A stretch of DNA of 64,000 bases from NCBI GenBank assembly GCA_046075565.1, contig JBJTQJ010000117.1, forward strand, positions 1 through 64,000, given 5' to 3'. The first letter of the stretch is position 1. Every line of letters starts with the position of its first letter. Under the pieces are notes generated by a model that did no database searches, was not told the origin of the DNA, and worked only from the letters and a program-made list of their open reading frames with translations. Shown here in pieces: positions 1-9,076 of the stretch. The position numbers were made by a program, and so were the translations under genes. This stretch comes from Verrucomicrobiales bacterium (GTDB lineage: Bacteria > Verrucomicrobiota > Verrucomicrobiia > Verrucomicrobiales > SLCJ01).

Positions 1-16
1 TGGGGCATCCCTCGCC

Positions 17-40
17 CGGCACCGGAAGCGGTGCCGCTAC
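17..40 (-). repeat. REP-like palindrome (GTAG + hairpin)
   Basis: Minus strand reads GTAG-CGGCACCG-CTTC-CGGTGCCG: GTAG followed by a perfect 8-bp stem. Confidence 0.55.
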
Positions 41-230
41 GGGCATGGGTATCACCCAAAGATTGAAGAAATACCAAGGCGATTTTCCTTTGCGTTGATC
101 CTTAAATTGAGGCATATGCCTCGCCCGCTCGGACACACCCCATCGCTCGACAAGTTACGGACACGACCCTGCGGGATCTTGTCCCTCCGGTTGGCAGATG
201 GAGGCTGCAGCGCATGAACCGCCCATTGGC

Positions 231-256
231 AGCAACCACAGGATTGTGGTTGCTCC
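231..256 (-). repeat. REP-like palindrome (GGAG variant)
   Basis: Minus strand GG-AGCAACCACA-ATCC-TGTGGTTGCT, perfect 10-bp stem just downstream of the GH13 stop. Confidence 0.5.
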
Positions 257-283
257 GAACCAGAATCGTCCCCGCTGGTCACC

Positions 284-2146
284 TCATTTTCCGTCCACAT
301 CAAAAATCCAGGCGCTGGCGGGAGCTAAGTCTGGCATTGGCAGTCCTTCGCCGGAGAGAGCCGCAGACTCCGATCTGACTGAGGCTTCCGGATCGATCAG
401 GCATTTCCCGTTGATTCTCGCGTGACGGAGTCCGGCGCGTTCCTGAATTTCCGCCGGAATCTGGATCTTCACTCCGCGCAGAGTTTCGCTTGGGTGCAGG
501 TTCACGACGACGAGCACGGCGTGTCCGGTTTTCGGATTGGCCCGCAGATAGGCGTAAAGCCAGTAACCGCTGTCGGTTTCCCCATCGAGACGTCCGTAGG
601 CCGGGTTTTCGATATTCGCGCTGTTCAGCGGGAAAATCTCCCCGGCAAGGAAGGCCGGGTGTTGGATGGCCACGAGCAATTTGCCATACCAAGTGCGCAG
701 GGCGGCAGCATCCGGGACAAGTTTGGTCCCGTCGAATTTGCCGCCATTCCCCCACCCTTGCAGAGTTGGTAGCGACCAGTAGTCAAAAATGGTGGTCCGG
801 CCATCGTCGCCGGCGTAGCCCTCGGCGCCAGTGGCCGGTTCTCCGGTTTCCTGGCCGTGGTAGAGCATGACGGGGCCGCGTCCGAGTCCGAGCAGCAATG
901 CGGTTACGGGACGTCCGACTTTCGCGCCGTGTCCTCCCCATTGCCCGGGGTTGGCGAGCCTCACCTCGTCATGATTTTCGGCATAACGCAGCGAACGATG
1001 GAAAAGCGGTGCGGCATCCTGGCAGAGCGCTTCGATATCGTTGGCCCATTTTGGTCCGGTGAAGATCTCGTGCACGAGATCGTAAGTGGCGTCGTCATAA
1101 ACCGAGTCGAAGCCGTTTTCAAGCAGCGCTTCGAGCACATTGCCATCGGTGAGTTTGGCCGGGTCGTTATCGTAGGCTTCCGCGACAAAGAACACATCTT
1201 TCGAGCGACCGCGGGCTCGTTGGATGGACCAGGCCCAGAATTCCATCGGCACCATGTGGGCCATGTCCACTCGGAAACCATCGATGCCGAGGGCTTGCCA
1301 GTAGGCCAGAATCTGATCCATTTTCCGCCAGGTATCGGGCACGGTCTCCGGTGCGGCCTCGGGACCCGGCAAATGGGAAGTGTCGCGACCGCGGGTAAAG
1401 TCGTGTCCGTAGTTCAGTTTTACGGTTTCATACCAATCGCCATCGTTCGGTTGCCACGTGATGACGTTGTTGCCGGTTACCCGGCCGAAGTTTTTCTCCC
1501 CGTCGAAAAGCCCGTCGCAACCGGGGCGCCCGGCCGTTGGCAACCGCAGGGGTGGTCCTCCTCCAGGTTGTTCCGCACCGAGGTAGAAAAAGTTATTTCC
1601 CGAATCGAAGAAAACATCCTTCTTGTCATTGGCCCCGAAGCTCAGATCGGGTTTCACGTCCGACTGGTAGGCCCGCGAGACGTGGTTGGGCACGAAATCC
1701 ACCAGCACCTTGAGTCTGTAGCGGTGGGCGCGTTCGACGAGGGCCCGGAATTCCTTCAGCCGCTCGGTTGGATTGACCGCATAATCCGGGCAGACATCGA
1801 AGTAATCCTTGATGGCATAGGGGCTTCCAGCGAGGCCCTTGAGGATATCTGGATCGTCCCCCGGGCGTCCGGGATGTTCGGTCGCGCTGGCCTGTTCCAT
1901 CACACCGGTGAGCCAAACATGGGTAACACCGAACTTCTTCAATGAGGTTACTGCGGCGTCATTGATATCGTTGAACTTCCCGCAACCATTTTCCGCGATC
2001 GTGCCTCCCGGTTTGCGGGTATCGTTCGCATTGCCAAAGGTGCGCACCATCAATTGGTAGATGACGGGGCGGCTGGTTTCTCCGGCCGGGCAAAGTGATG
2101 ACATGGCCAGAAGGAGAACGGAGGTGGCGCAAAGAACCGGCTTCAT
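284..2146 (-). CDS. Secreted GH13 alpha-amylase family glycosidase
   Basis: Signal peptide; GH13 regions DFVPNH, GFRVDMAH (nucleophile), FVAEAY (acid/base), YAENHDE. Confidence 0.92.
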   Translation of the reverse strand: MKPVLCATSVLLLAMSSLCPAGETSRPVIYQLMVRTFGNANDTRKPGGTIAENGCGKFNDINDAAVTSLKKFGVTHVWLTGVMEQASATEHPGRPGDDPDILKGLAGSPYAIKDYFDVCPDYAVNPTERLKEFRALVERAHRYRLKVLVDFVPNHVSRAYQSDVKPDLSFGANDKKDVFFDSGNNFFYLGAEQPGGGPPLRLPTAGRPGCDGLFDGEKNFGRVTGNNVITWQPNDGDWYETVKLNYGHDFTRGRDTSHLPGPEAAPETVPDTWRKMDQILAYWQALGIDGFRVDMAHMVPMEFWAWSIQRARGRSKDVFFVAEAYDNDPAKLTDGNVLEALLENGFDSVYDDATYDLVHEIFTGPKWANDIEALCQDAAPLFHRSLRYAENHDEVRLANPGQWGGHGAKVGRPVTALLLGLGRGPVMLYHGQETGEPATGAEGYAGDDGRTTIFDYWSLPTLQGWGNGGKFDGTKLVPDAAALRTWYGKLLVAIQHPAFLAGEIFPLNSANIENPAYGRLDGETDSGYWLYAYLRANPKTGHAVLVVVNLHPSETLRGVKIQIPAEIQERAGLRHARINGKCLIDPEASVRSESAALSGEGLPMPDLAPASAWIFDVDGK

Positions 2147-3858
2147 ACCTCGGCGGAGCCTCCGCTCTCTGATTCTTCACCGACAATGAATACCGCGAGC
2201 GAGGCGATGGCCATGGAAATGCCGCCCGCGAGCACGGCCTTCATGGCGTCCCCACCGAGGAATTTGTCCACGAGTTTGCCCAAGGCGACGGAGGCGAGGA
2301 TCTGGGGCAGGACGATGAAGAAATTGAAGACTCCCATGTAGAAGCCCATTTTGTTACCCGGAATGACATTCGCGAGCATGGCATAGGGCATGGAGAGGAT
2401 GGAAGCCCAAGCCACGCCGACGCCAATCATGCCGATGAGGAGATGCGATGGTTTTCCGGCCAGCGAGGCAAAGATTAGTCCGGCAGCTCCGATACCCAAG
2501 CAGAGAATGTGGATTTTTTTCGCCGAGAGAAACTTCGTCAGGGAAAGCAAAATGAAGGCGAAGAAGAAGGCGACGAGATTGTAAGCGGAGAAGCAGACAC
2601 CACCCCAGGCACTGCCTTCCTGGTAACGACGGGCCGACGCGAGGATTTCGCGGAGCCGAGCGGCGGCAATTTCGATCCCGGGCGAATCGGGCGAATTGAC
2701 GGCATGGCTGGCCAGGGCGTGGGCGAAGGTCTTCACCATGGGACTATGAATTTCCTTTTCATCGGGCTTGGCAGTTGCTCCGCATGTCGAGCGGATCAAC
2801 TCGGCCAGCATGGCCGAATCGATGCTTTCTCCCGGATCGGGGTCCGCCCTCGCGAGGCCGAACATCTTGAGCACCGGCTCATACCATTGTCCCTTCGCGG
2901 ATTCCACCCGCGCCTTCGTAAGTTCCGCTTTTTTCGCTTCATAGGACCGGGCAAGCGCGACGGCCGGCGGAAGCGAGTCCTTGCTATCTTCGACCAATTT
3001 TTGTGCCACGGGGTCATGAAGGCCGAGGGGCGAACCGCCGTAAACCTTTTTGCCCACTCCGGGCACGAAATAGATCCACATGCAGAACAGCGCGAGCCAG
3101 GTAAAGAACTGCACCACCGACAATTCCTTCATGGCCCGGGGCATGGAGCCGATACCTTGGAAAATTTCGGCAAAGGCGTGCCCGACCCCGGATTTTTCCT
3201 TTTTCATCTTCTCGAAGGCCTCGAGGTCTTCCGGCGGATGTTCGCGCGTCGTGAGGATGGTGACCATGACCGCAGCGAAGAATACCACCGCGCCGATGTA
3301 GAATGCGAGTTTCACGGCCGGAGGAATCGGGCTTTCCACGGTGGCCTCTTTGCTCACTCCAAAGCCTTCGGTCAAGATGTACGGCAAAGCCGAAGAAAGC
3401 ACGGCACCGAGGCCGATGAGCAGGCTTTGCATGGCGAAACCGCTCTTTCTTTGCATGGGAGGCAATAGATCGCCGACGAAAGCGCGGAAAGGTTCCATAC
3501 TTACGTTCACGGAAGCATCGAGAATCCATAACAAACCGGCGGCCATCCACCAGACGCTTGAGTTCGGCATGGCAATGAGCGCGAGGCTGGCGAAAATCGC
3601 GCCTACGAGGAAATACGGACGACGTCGCCCGAGCCGGGTCCATGTTCGGTCGCTGTAGTATCCGATGATCGGCTGGACGATGAGACCGGTCAGGGGCGCG
3701 GCCAGCCAGAGAATGGCGATGTCTTTTTCCTCCACGCCGAGGAATTGGTAAATGGCCGACATGTTGGCCATCTGGAGGCCCCAGCCGAACTGGATGCCAA
3801 GGAAGCCGAAGGACATGTTCCAGATTTGCCAGAAAGAGAGTGGGCGCTGGTTATTCAT
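2143..3858 (-). CDS. MFS maltose/sucrose-type sugar transporter with a large loop insertion
   Basis: WNMSFGFLGIQFGWGLQ, SDRTWTRLGRRRPY, MGVFNFFIVLPQI motifs; 4-bp overlap with the GH13 gene. Confidence 0.92.
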   Translation of the reverse strand: MNNQRPLSFWQIWNMSFGFLGIQFGWGLQMANMSAIYQFLGVEEKDIAILWLAAPLTGLIVQPIIGYYSDRTWTRLGRRRPYFLVGAIFASLALIAMPNSSVWWMAAGLLWILDASVNVSMEPFRAFVGDLLPPMQRKSGFAMQSLLIGLGAVLSSALPYILTEGFGVSKEATVESPIPPAVKLAFYIGAVVFFAAVMVTILTTREHPPEDLEAFEKMKKEKSGVGHAFAEIFQGIGSMPRAMKELSVVQFFTWLALFCMWIYFVPGVGKKVYGGSPLGLHDPVAQKLVEDSKDSLPPAVALARSYEAKKAELTKARVESAKGQWYEPVLKMFGLARADPDPGESIDSAMLAELIRSTCGATAKPDEKEIHSPMVKTFAHALASHAVNSPDSPGIEIAAARLREILASARRYQEGSAWGGVCFSAYNLVAFFFAFILLSLTKFLSAKKIHILCLGIGAAGLIFASLAGKPSHLLIGMIGVGVAWASILSMPYAMLANVIPGNKMGFYMGVFNFFIVLPQILASVALGKLVDKFLGGDAMKAVLAGGISMAIASLAVFIVGEESESGGSAEV

Positions 3859-4053
3859 GGTTGATGGGAATGGGAAGTCCTGACCGTTAGTTTGGGGAAA
3901 TGGTGCGGAAAGGAAAGCTCAAAATGCGGGCATTTGGCGTGCATTCCAGTCAAATTCCACGAAATCAATCGAATCGAAAATTTTCCCAACCGCATGACGA
4001 TTCCCGACATGGATCTATGTGAACCCAATATTCAATCCGTTGTTGGGGCATAG

Positions 4054-4084
4054 AAAAACCCCGAACCGGCGGGCGGTTCGGGGT
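4054..4084 (-). terminator. Rho-independent terminator
   Basis: ACCCCGAACCG/CGGTTCGGGGT stem with an A-run on the + strand, downstream of the 4120-4527 gene. Confidence 0.8.
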
Positions 4085-4119
4085 GAATTGTGTCAAAGGT
4101 ATGTAGATGAACCAGTGAC

Positions 4120-4527
4120 TCAGCGGCGACCCTTGCGGGCTTTGCGGGGTTTGGAGATACCTTCGGATTTCTTGATGTTGTTGACCGTGGCCAGGGAGAT
4201 ACCGAACTCCTGCACGATTTGAGCACCGGTGGCGCCCTCTTTGCAGCGTTTGGTCACTTGCTTGCGTTGGGCAGCGGTCAGAACGATGCGGGTGCGTCCA
4301 CCGCGGGCGGAGCCATCACCTTGCAGCGCGGCCCACTGGGCGGGAGTCACGCTGAAACCTTTGCGCTCGAGTTTTTGCAGGAGTGCATCCAATGCTTGGG
4401 CGCTGGTGGCAGCGTCAACCACCGCTTGGGCCGCAACTTGAGCGCGGTTCAACGCTTCGGCGGGAAGGCTAATGCCCGGAAGAATCTTCACGGGGATCGT
4501 TATAGTATTGGTGTTCGGTTTGGACAT
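4120..4527 (-). CDS. Small basic helix-turn-helix DNA-binding protein
   Basis: C-terminal HTH-like GATGAQIVQEFGISLATVNNIKK and K/R-rich tail; ATG at 4527 chosen as start; own terminator. Confidence 0.7.
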   Translation of the reverse strand: MSKPNTNTITIPVKILPGISLPAEALNRAQVAAQAVVDAATSAQALDALLQKLERKGFSVTPAQWAALQGDGSARGGRTRIVLTAAQRKQVTKRCKEGATGAQIVQEFGISLATVNNIKKSEGISKPRKARKGRR

Positions 4528-4615
4528 GGGGGTGTAATCTGGATTCCAAACCCATTCCAAGCAACAAGTTTGTCACGCGATCACGCCAACGTTGTTTGGT
4601 GAAATCGAATGGATT

Positions 4616-5257
4616 CTACAGGGTCGAAATAAGAAAACGTTGTACGATCTGTCCGCCATGTTTCCATGGTTCGCGAGTGACTCTGCTACCGACAATCCCT
4701 TCAATCATTCGCTCCTCGGCCTTGAGAAGCACGGGATAGGCGCGCATGAGATCTTCCATTGGATGATGGTATTCCTCGATCCGAAGGCCCTGGGTATTGT
4801 CATAAGCGATCTGCGAAAGGTATCCTTCGTTCTCCCGAAGTTTTGCAAGAGCAGTGGCTCGTTCGACCACCGATTTGCCCTTTACCTTTGATCGATACCA
4901 TGCAGTCTTGTTCTGGAAGAAATTGTAAAGGAGCTTTTCCGGAGCGGCATTGCCGTAAATATCGCCGACGTTACGGAGCAGTTCGAGCACGACCTCGTTA
5001 CCCGCGGATGGAAAGAGATCTTGGGCGCGGGAGGTCAGGCGGTAAATCTTCTCCGGACGGCCGAACGGGCGCGGACGCCGGAACGTGTCCAAGATGCCCT
5101 TTTTGACCATGGCATCGCAGTGCTGTTTGATGCCCATGTAGCTGGTTCCCAGGTCGGCGGCGATTTCGCCCACGGCCTTCCCCTGCCCCCTTTTAATGGA
5201 AGCGAGGATGTCCATCCACTGCGGGCGGGCTATTTCCTTGAGTAGCTTAAAAACCAT
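4616..5257 (-). CDS. Winged-helix transcriptional regulator (SufR/ArsR-like)
   Basis: N-terminal wHTH (IAADLGTSYMGIKQH...GRPEKIYRLT..AQDLFP) and SufR-like C-terminal domain. Confidence 0.8.
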   Translation of the reverse strand: MVFKLLKEIARPQWMDILASIKRGQGKAVGEIAADLGTSYMGIKQHCDAMVKKGILDTFRRPRPFGRPEKIYRLTSRAQDLFPSAGNEVVLELLRNVGDIYGNAAPEKLLYNFFQNKTAWYRSKVKGKSVVERATALAKLRENEGYLSQIAYDNTQGLRIEEYHHPMEDLMRAYPVLLKAEERMIEGIVGSRVTREPWKHGGQIVQRFLISTL

Positions 5258-5382
5258 GGCCAAATCTCTGGTTTCCGGCGAGGTTCGCCGGACGAATTGT
5301 ACAGCCTAGCAGAGGGATTTGTTCCGGTCAAATCCCCCTGCTTGCAGCCCGGCCCGGACGAGGTAATGGTTCCCAGCCCCAC

Positions 5383-6555
5383 ATGATTCACTCCCAGGAA
5401 TCCGATTTGGACAAAAAGTTTGTTTCCCACGCGCCCGGCTACTGGCGCGCGGCCGGCATTTCCCAAGAGGACTGGAACGACCACCGTTGGCAATTGCGCA
5501 ACCGCATCACTACCCTGGTCGACTTGGAAAAGCATCTCGTGCTCAGCCGTGAGGAACGCGCCGGAATTCTGCTGACCGGCACAAAGCTGTCCACCGCCAT
5601 CACCCCCCATTTTTTCAATCTGATCGATCGGGAAGACCCCGACTGCCCCATCCGGCGTCAGGTAGTGCCCCGTATGGAGGAAAGTCTTGAAGACCCCGCG
5701 GAAATGAGCGACCCCTGTGGAGAAGACAGCCACATGCCCGTGCCGGGCCTGGTGCATCGCTATCCCGACCGGGTTCTCTTTCTCGTGACCGACCGTTGTG
5801 CGGCCTATTGCCGGTATTGCACCCGGTCGAGGGTCGTCTCGGGTGCCGGGGAGCAGCATCTGGAAACCGACTTCGACGATGCCTTTCGCTACCTTGAGCG
5901 TCATACCGAAGTGCGCGATGTGCTTCTTTCCGGCGGCGATCCCCTGCTCCTCTCCGACTCCCGTCTTGAAAGTATCCTCTCGCGGCTGCACGCCATCCCG
6001 CACATTGAATTCATACGCATTGGCACACGGATTCCGATTTTCCTGCCCCAGCGTATCACACCGGAGTTGTGCAGCATGCTCGGGAAATACCATCCACTCT
6101 GGATGTCGGTGCACACAAACCACCCCCGGGAATTGACCGTGGAAGTGCGCGATGCTCTGAGCCGCCTCGCGGGTGCAGGCATCCCGCTCGGCAACCAATC
6201 GGTGCTCCTGCGAGGCGTGAACGACTCGGTCGAAATCCAGAAATCTCTCGTGCACAAATTGCTCATGTGCCGGGTGCGCCCTTATTACCTCTACCAGTGC
6301 GATTTGATCAAAGGCTCGGCGCATCTGCGGTCATCGGTGGAAACCGGGCTCGCCATCATCGAAGGCTTGCGCGGACACACCACCGGCTATGCGGTGCCGC
6401 AGTTTGTCATCGATGCTCCCGGCGGCGGTGGAAAAGTGCCAATCAATCCCACGTATTTGCTAGAATCCTCGTCGGAAGGCACACGCATCCGCAATTACGA
6501 GGGCAACGTCTATCACTATCCTGCGTCGGAATCCGCAAGCATTCCCCATTTGTAA
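5383..6555 (+). CDS. kamA: KamA-family radical SAM lysine 2,3-aminomutase
   Basis: HRYPDRVL, CAAYCRYC, LLSGGDPL, NQSVLLRGVND, YQCD, DAPGGGGK (PLP lysine). Confidence 0.9.
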   Translation: MIHSQESDLDKKFVSHAPGYWRAAGISQEDWNDHRWQLRNRITTLVDLEKHLVLSREERAGILLTGTKLSTAITPHFFNLIDREDPDCPIRRQVVPRMEESLEDPAEMSDPCGEDSHMPVPGLVHRYPDRVLFLVTDRCAAYCRYCTRSRVVSGAGEQHLETDFDDAFRYLERHTEVRDVLLSGGDPLLLSDSRLESILSRLHAIPHIEFIRIGTRIPIFLPQRITPELCSMLGKYHPLWMSVHTNHPRELTVEVRDALSRLAGAGIPLGNQSVLLRGVNDSVEIQKSLVHKLLMCRVRPYYLYQCDLIKGSAHLRSSVETGLAIIEGLRGHTTGYAVPQFVIDAPGGGGKVPINPTYLLESSSEGTRIRNYEGNVYHYPASESASIPHL

Positions 6556-6559
6556 TCCC

Positions 6560-7408
6560 ATGCCCTGGGTCACGCGTTTTGCTCCCAGCCCGACCGGACG
6601 CCTTCATCTGGGCCATGTGTTCGCGGCAAGTTTGGCCAGTCAACGGGCCCGCGAACCCGGAGGAAAGTTCTTGCTCCGCCATGAGGACATCGACACGAGC
6701 CGGTGCCGGGACGAATGGCGGGACGCGGCGGAGCGCGATTTGCGCTGGCTTGGACTCGATTGGGATGGCGAGGCGGTCATTCAATCCCATCGGCAGTCGG
6801 CCCATCAGGATGCCTTGGAAAAGCTCCGCGCCCTTGGTGTGCTTTATCCCTGTTTCTGCACCCGGCGGGAAATTCTCGATGAAATCGCCCGCATGGGCGG
6901 GGCACCGCAAGGACCGGACGGTCCTCTATATCCGGGCACGTGCCGGTCGCTTGGCGAATCCGAGCGTGAGCGCCGACTTGCGGAAGGCCAGGAACCTGCG
7001 TGGCGCATCAATGTGGCCAAAGCCATGGAATTGACTGGTCCGCTTGAATGGCATGATCTGCGCCACGGTGCCCAGGTCGCCCAACCTGATTGCCTCGGCG
7101 ACGCCGTGCTCGCCCGCAAGGATGCGGGAACCAGTTACCACTTGGCGGTGGTCGTGGACGACGCCTGGCAAGGTATCAACCTCGTCACCCGGGGTGAGGA
7201 CTTGTTGCCCTCGACCCACCTGCACCGCCTTCTTCAAGCACTGCTGGGCTTGCCGGTTCCGGAATGGGAGCACCATCCGCTCGTCTGCGACGCCGATGGT
7301 CGCCGCCTTGCCAAACGCCATGACGACCTCGCTGTCGCGACACTCAGGGAAAGAGGATGGTTGCCGGATGACGTCCTAGCCGAGGCGCGTAAAATGGCAG
7401 GCACGTGA
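6560..7408 (+). CDS. gluQ: Glutamyl-Q tRNA(Asp) synthetase
   Basis: GluRS catalytic domain only (282 aa): RFAPSPTGRLHLGH, YPCFCTR..YPGTCR, YHLAVVVDD, RGEDL, RLAKR. Confidence 0.92.
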   Translation: MPWVTRFAPSPTGRLHLGHVFAASLASQRAREPGGKFLLRHEDIDTSRCRDEWRDAAERDLRWLGLDWDGEAVIQSHRQSAHQDALEKLRALGVLYPCFCTRREILDEIARMGGAPQGPDGPLYPGTCRSLGESERERRLAEGQEPAWRINVAKAMELTGPLEWHDLRHGAQVAQPDCLGDAVLARKDAGTSYHLAVVVDDAWQGINLVTRGEDLLPSTHLHRLLQALLGLPVPEWEHHPLVCDADGRRLAKRHDDLAVATLRERGWLPDDVLAEARKMAGT

Positions 7409-7468
7409 GACCGACGGGATGGGAATCGCTTGCCCGACAAGACAAAGCGGTCTTAATTTCCCAATTCC

Positions 7469-8869
7469 ATGGCTGATCCCGCCCCTTCTTCCCCCCATGT
7501 CGTCATCCTCGGTGCCGGACTCTGCGGACTCTATGCCGCCCGCACCCTCCGGGCCAAAGGGATTGCCGTGACGCTGGTGGAAAAAGAAAGCTGGCCCGGT
7601 GGTCTCGCCATGGGCCAGTGCCACAATGGAAACTGGTATGACCTCGGCGTGCACATGCTGCACGAACACGACAAAGGGGTCTTTGAAGATATGAAAACGA
7701 TCCTGGACGACGAGCGGATTGCCGTGCAACTCGACGCCAAGATCAAATGGATGGGTCATTACTACCGCTATCCCCTCCAATTCGGCGACATGGTCCGCCA
7801 CATGAATCCGTTCCGCCTCGGTCACTACGGAATGGCTTTGGTTCTCTCCCAAATCTATTACAAATGGTTCCCCAAGGAGCCGCGGGACGCCGAAGAAGCG
7901 CTGATTCAACTCTACGGGAAGCCGCTTTACGAATTCTTCTTCAAGGAATTCACCCACCGCTACTGGGGGATTCCGCCGAGCGGATTGTCCGCCGGCTTCA
8001 TCAAGTCGAAGATGCCACGTCTATCGGCCGTGGACCTAATCAAAAAAGCCCTTTCGAAGTTCGGCTTCAAGGAGAAGGAAGGTGCGGCCGTCGAGAGCGC
8101 CCTCCTTGATGAAACCCTGCATTATTCCCGCACCGGAGCGGAAACCCTGCCTCGCCGCCTCGCCAGTTTCGTCGAAGGCCTGGGCGCGAAGATCATTCTA
8201 GGGCATTCCGTCGCCGCCATCGAACGAGAGGGCGATCAAGTCGTCGCCGTGCGGGCCCGCGATGCCTCGGGCAACAAAATTCGTATCCCCTGTGACTGGT
8301 GCCTGAATACGATTCCCGTGCCACCGATGATGGCGGCCATCGAGCCCGCGCCCGAACCGGCAGTTGCGGAAGCAGCCAAAAAACTCCGCTACAAGGCTAT
8401 CGCCATCTACGGTGTGCTGGTGAAGAAGGATCGTTGTATCGACTCGAAGTATGTCTATTTCCGCCGCCGAATTTTCCACCGTGTCGGTGAACCGAAAAAT
8501 GGCGGACTGGTCGTGCGCCCGGATGGTCACACCGTGCTCATTGTCGAAATGACCTGCGATGTCGGGGACGGCAAGTGGACGAATGATCCGGAAACCTGGA
8601 AACAAATCGTCTCCGATTTGGAAACCGAAGGCGTTTGCAAACCGGATGAAATCGCCGAACACCACCTGCTCACCTGCGAGACCGGATATCCCATCTTCGA
8701 ATTCGGGTTTGAGGAACACCACGACAAGGTGAAATCATTCCTCGCGGGTATCCGCAACCTCTCGACCACCGGCCGCCAGGGGGGCTTCTGCTACCCGAAC
8801 ATGCACGGTGCCATGCGGATGGGAGCGAAAGCCGCCGAAGAGGCCATGGCCAAAATCGGGAAGGCGTAA
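7469..8869 (+). CDS. FAD-dependent oxidoreductase (HemY/UDP-galactopyranose mutase-like superfamily)
   Basis: GAGLCG Rossmann motif, GGLA, YDLGVH, C-terminal GRQGGFCYPNMH. Confidence 0.8.
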   Translation: MADPAPSSPHVVILGAGLCGLYAARTLRAKGIAVTLVEKESWPGGLAMGQCHNGNWYDLGVHMLHEHDKGVFEDMKTILDDERIAVQLDAKIKWMGHYYRYPLQFGDMVRHMNPFRLGHYGMALVLSQIYYKWFPKEPRDAEEALIQLYGKPLYEFFFKEFTHRYWGIPPSGLSAGFIKSKMPRLSAVDLIKKALSKFGFKEKEGAAVESALLDETLHYSRTGAETLPRRLASFVEGLGAKIILGHSVAAIEREGDQVVAVRARDASGNKIRIPCDWCLNTIPVPPMMAAIEPAPEPAVAEAAKKLRYKAIAIYGVLVKKDRCIDSKYVYFRRRIFHRVGEPKNGGLVVRPDGHTVLIVEMTCDVGDGKWTNDPETWKQIVSDLETEGVCKPDEIAEHHLLTCETGYPIFEFGFEEHHDKVKSFLAGIRNLSTTGRQGGFCYPNMHGAMRMGAKAAEEAMAKIGKA

Positions 8870-8920
8870 CCCACGGCGAGTTCGCCGGGTAGTGGGTGGC
8901 GCGAAGGGGTTATCACCAAG

Positions 8921-9019
8921 GCAAGACCGTGAAGGTCTTGCTACGACTCAGATAGAGGCACACAGGCACCTTTCTTTGGAGTTTCCACTTCAACGGTAGC
9001 AAGAGCGTCCCGCTCTTGC
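8921..9019. repeat. Pair of oppositely oriented GTAG REP-like palindromes
   Basis: 8921-8944 (- strand GTA-GCAAGACC-TTCAC-GGTCTTGC) and 8996-9019 (+ strand GTA-GCAAGAGCG-TCC-CGCTCTTGC) between convergent genes. Confidence 0.7.
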
Positions 9020-9076
9020 CCTGCAAAGAAGATCTGAAGGAGCAAGAGTGGCTTCGTCTGCCTCGCCTACCATCTG

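Noticed and set aside
5383-6555. Glutamate 2,3-aminomutase supplying beta-Glu to GluQ
   Set aside because: Both aspartates that bind the lysine side chain in lysine 2,3-aminomutase (YQCD and VIDAPGGGGK) are retained.
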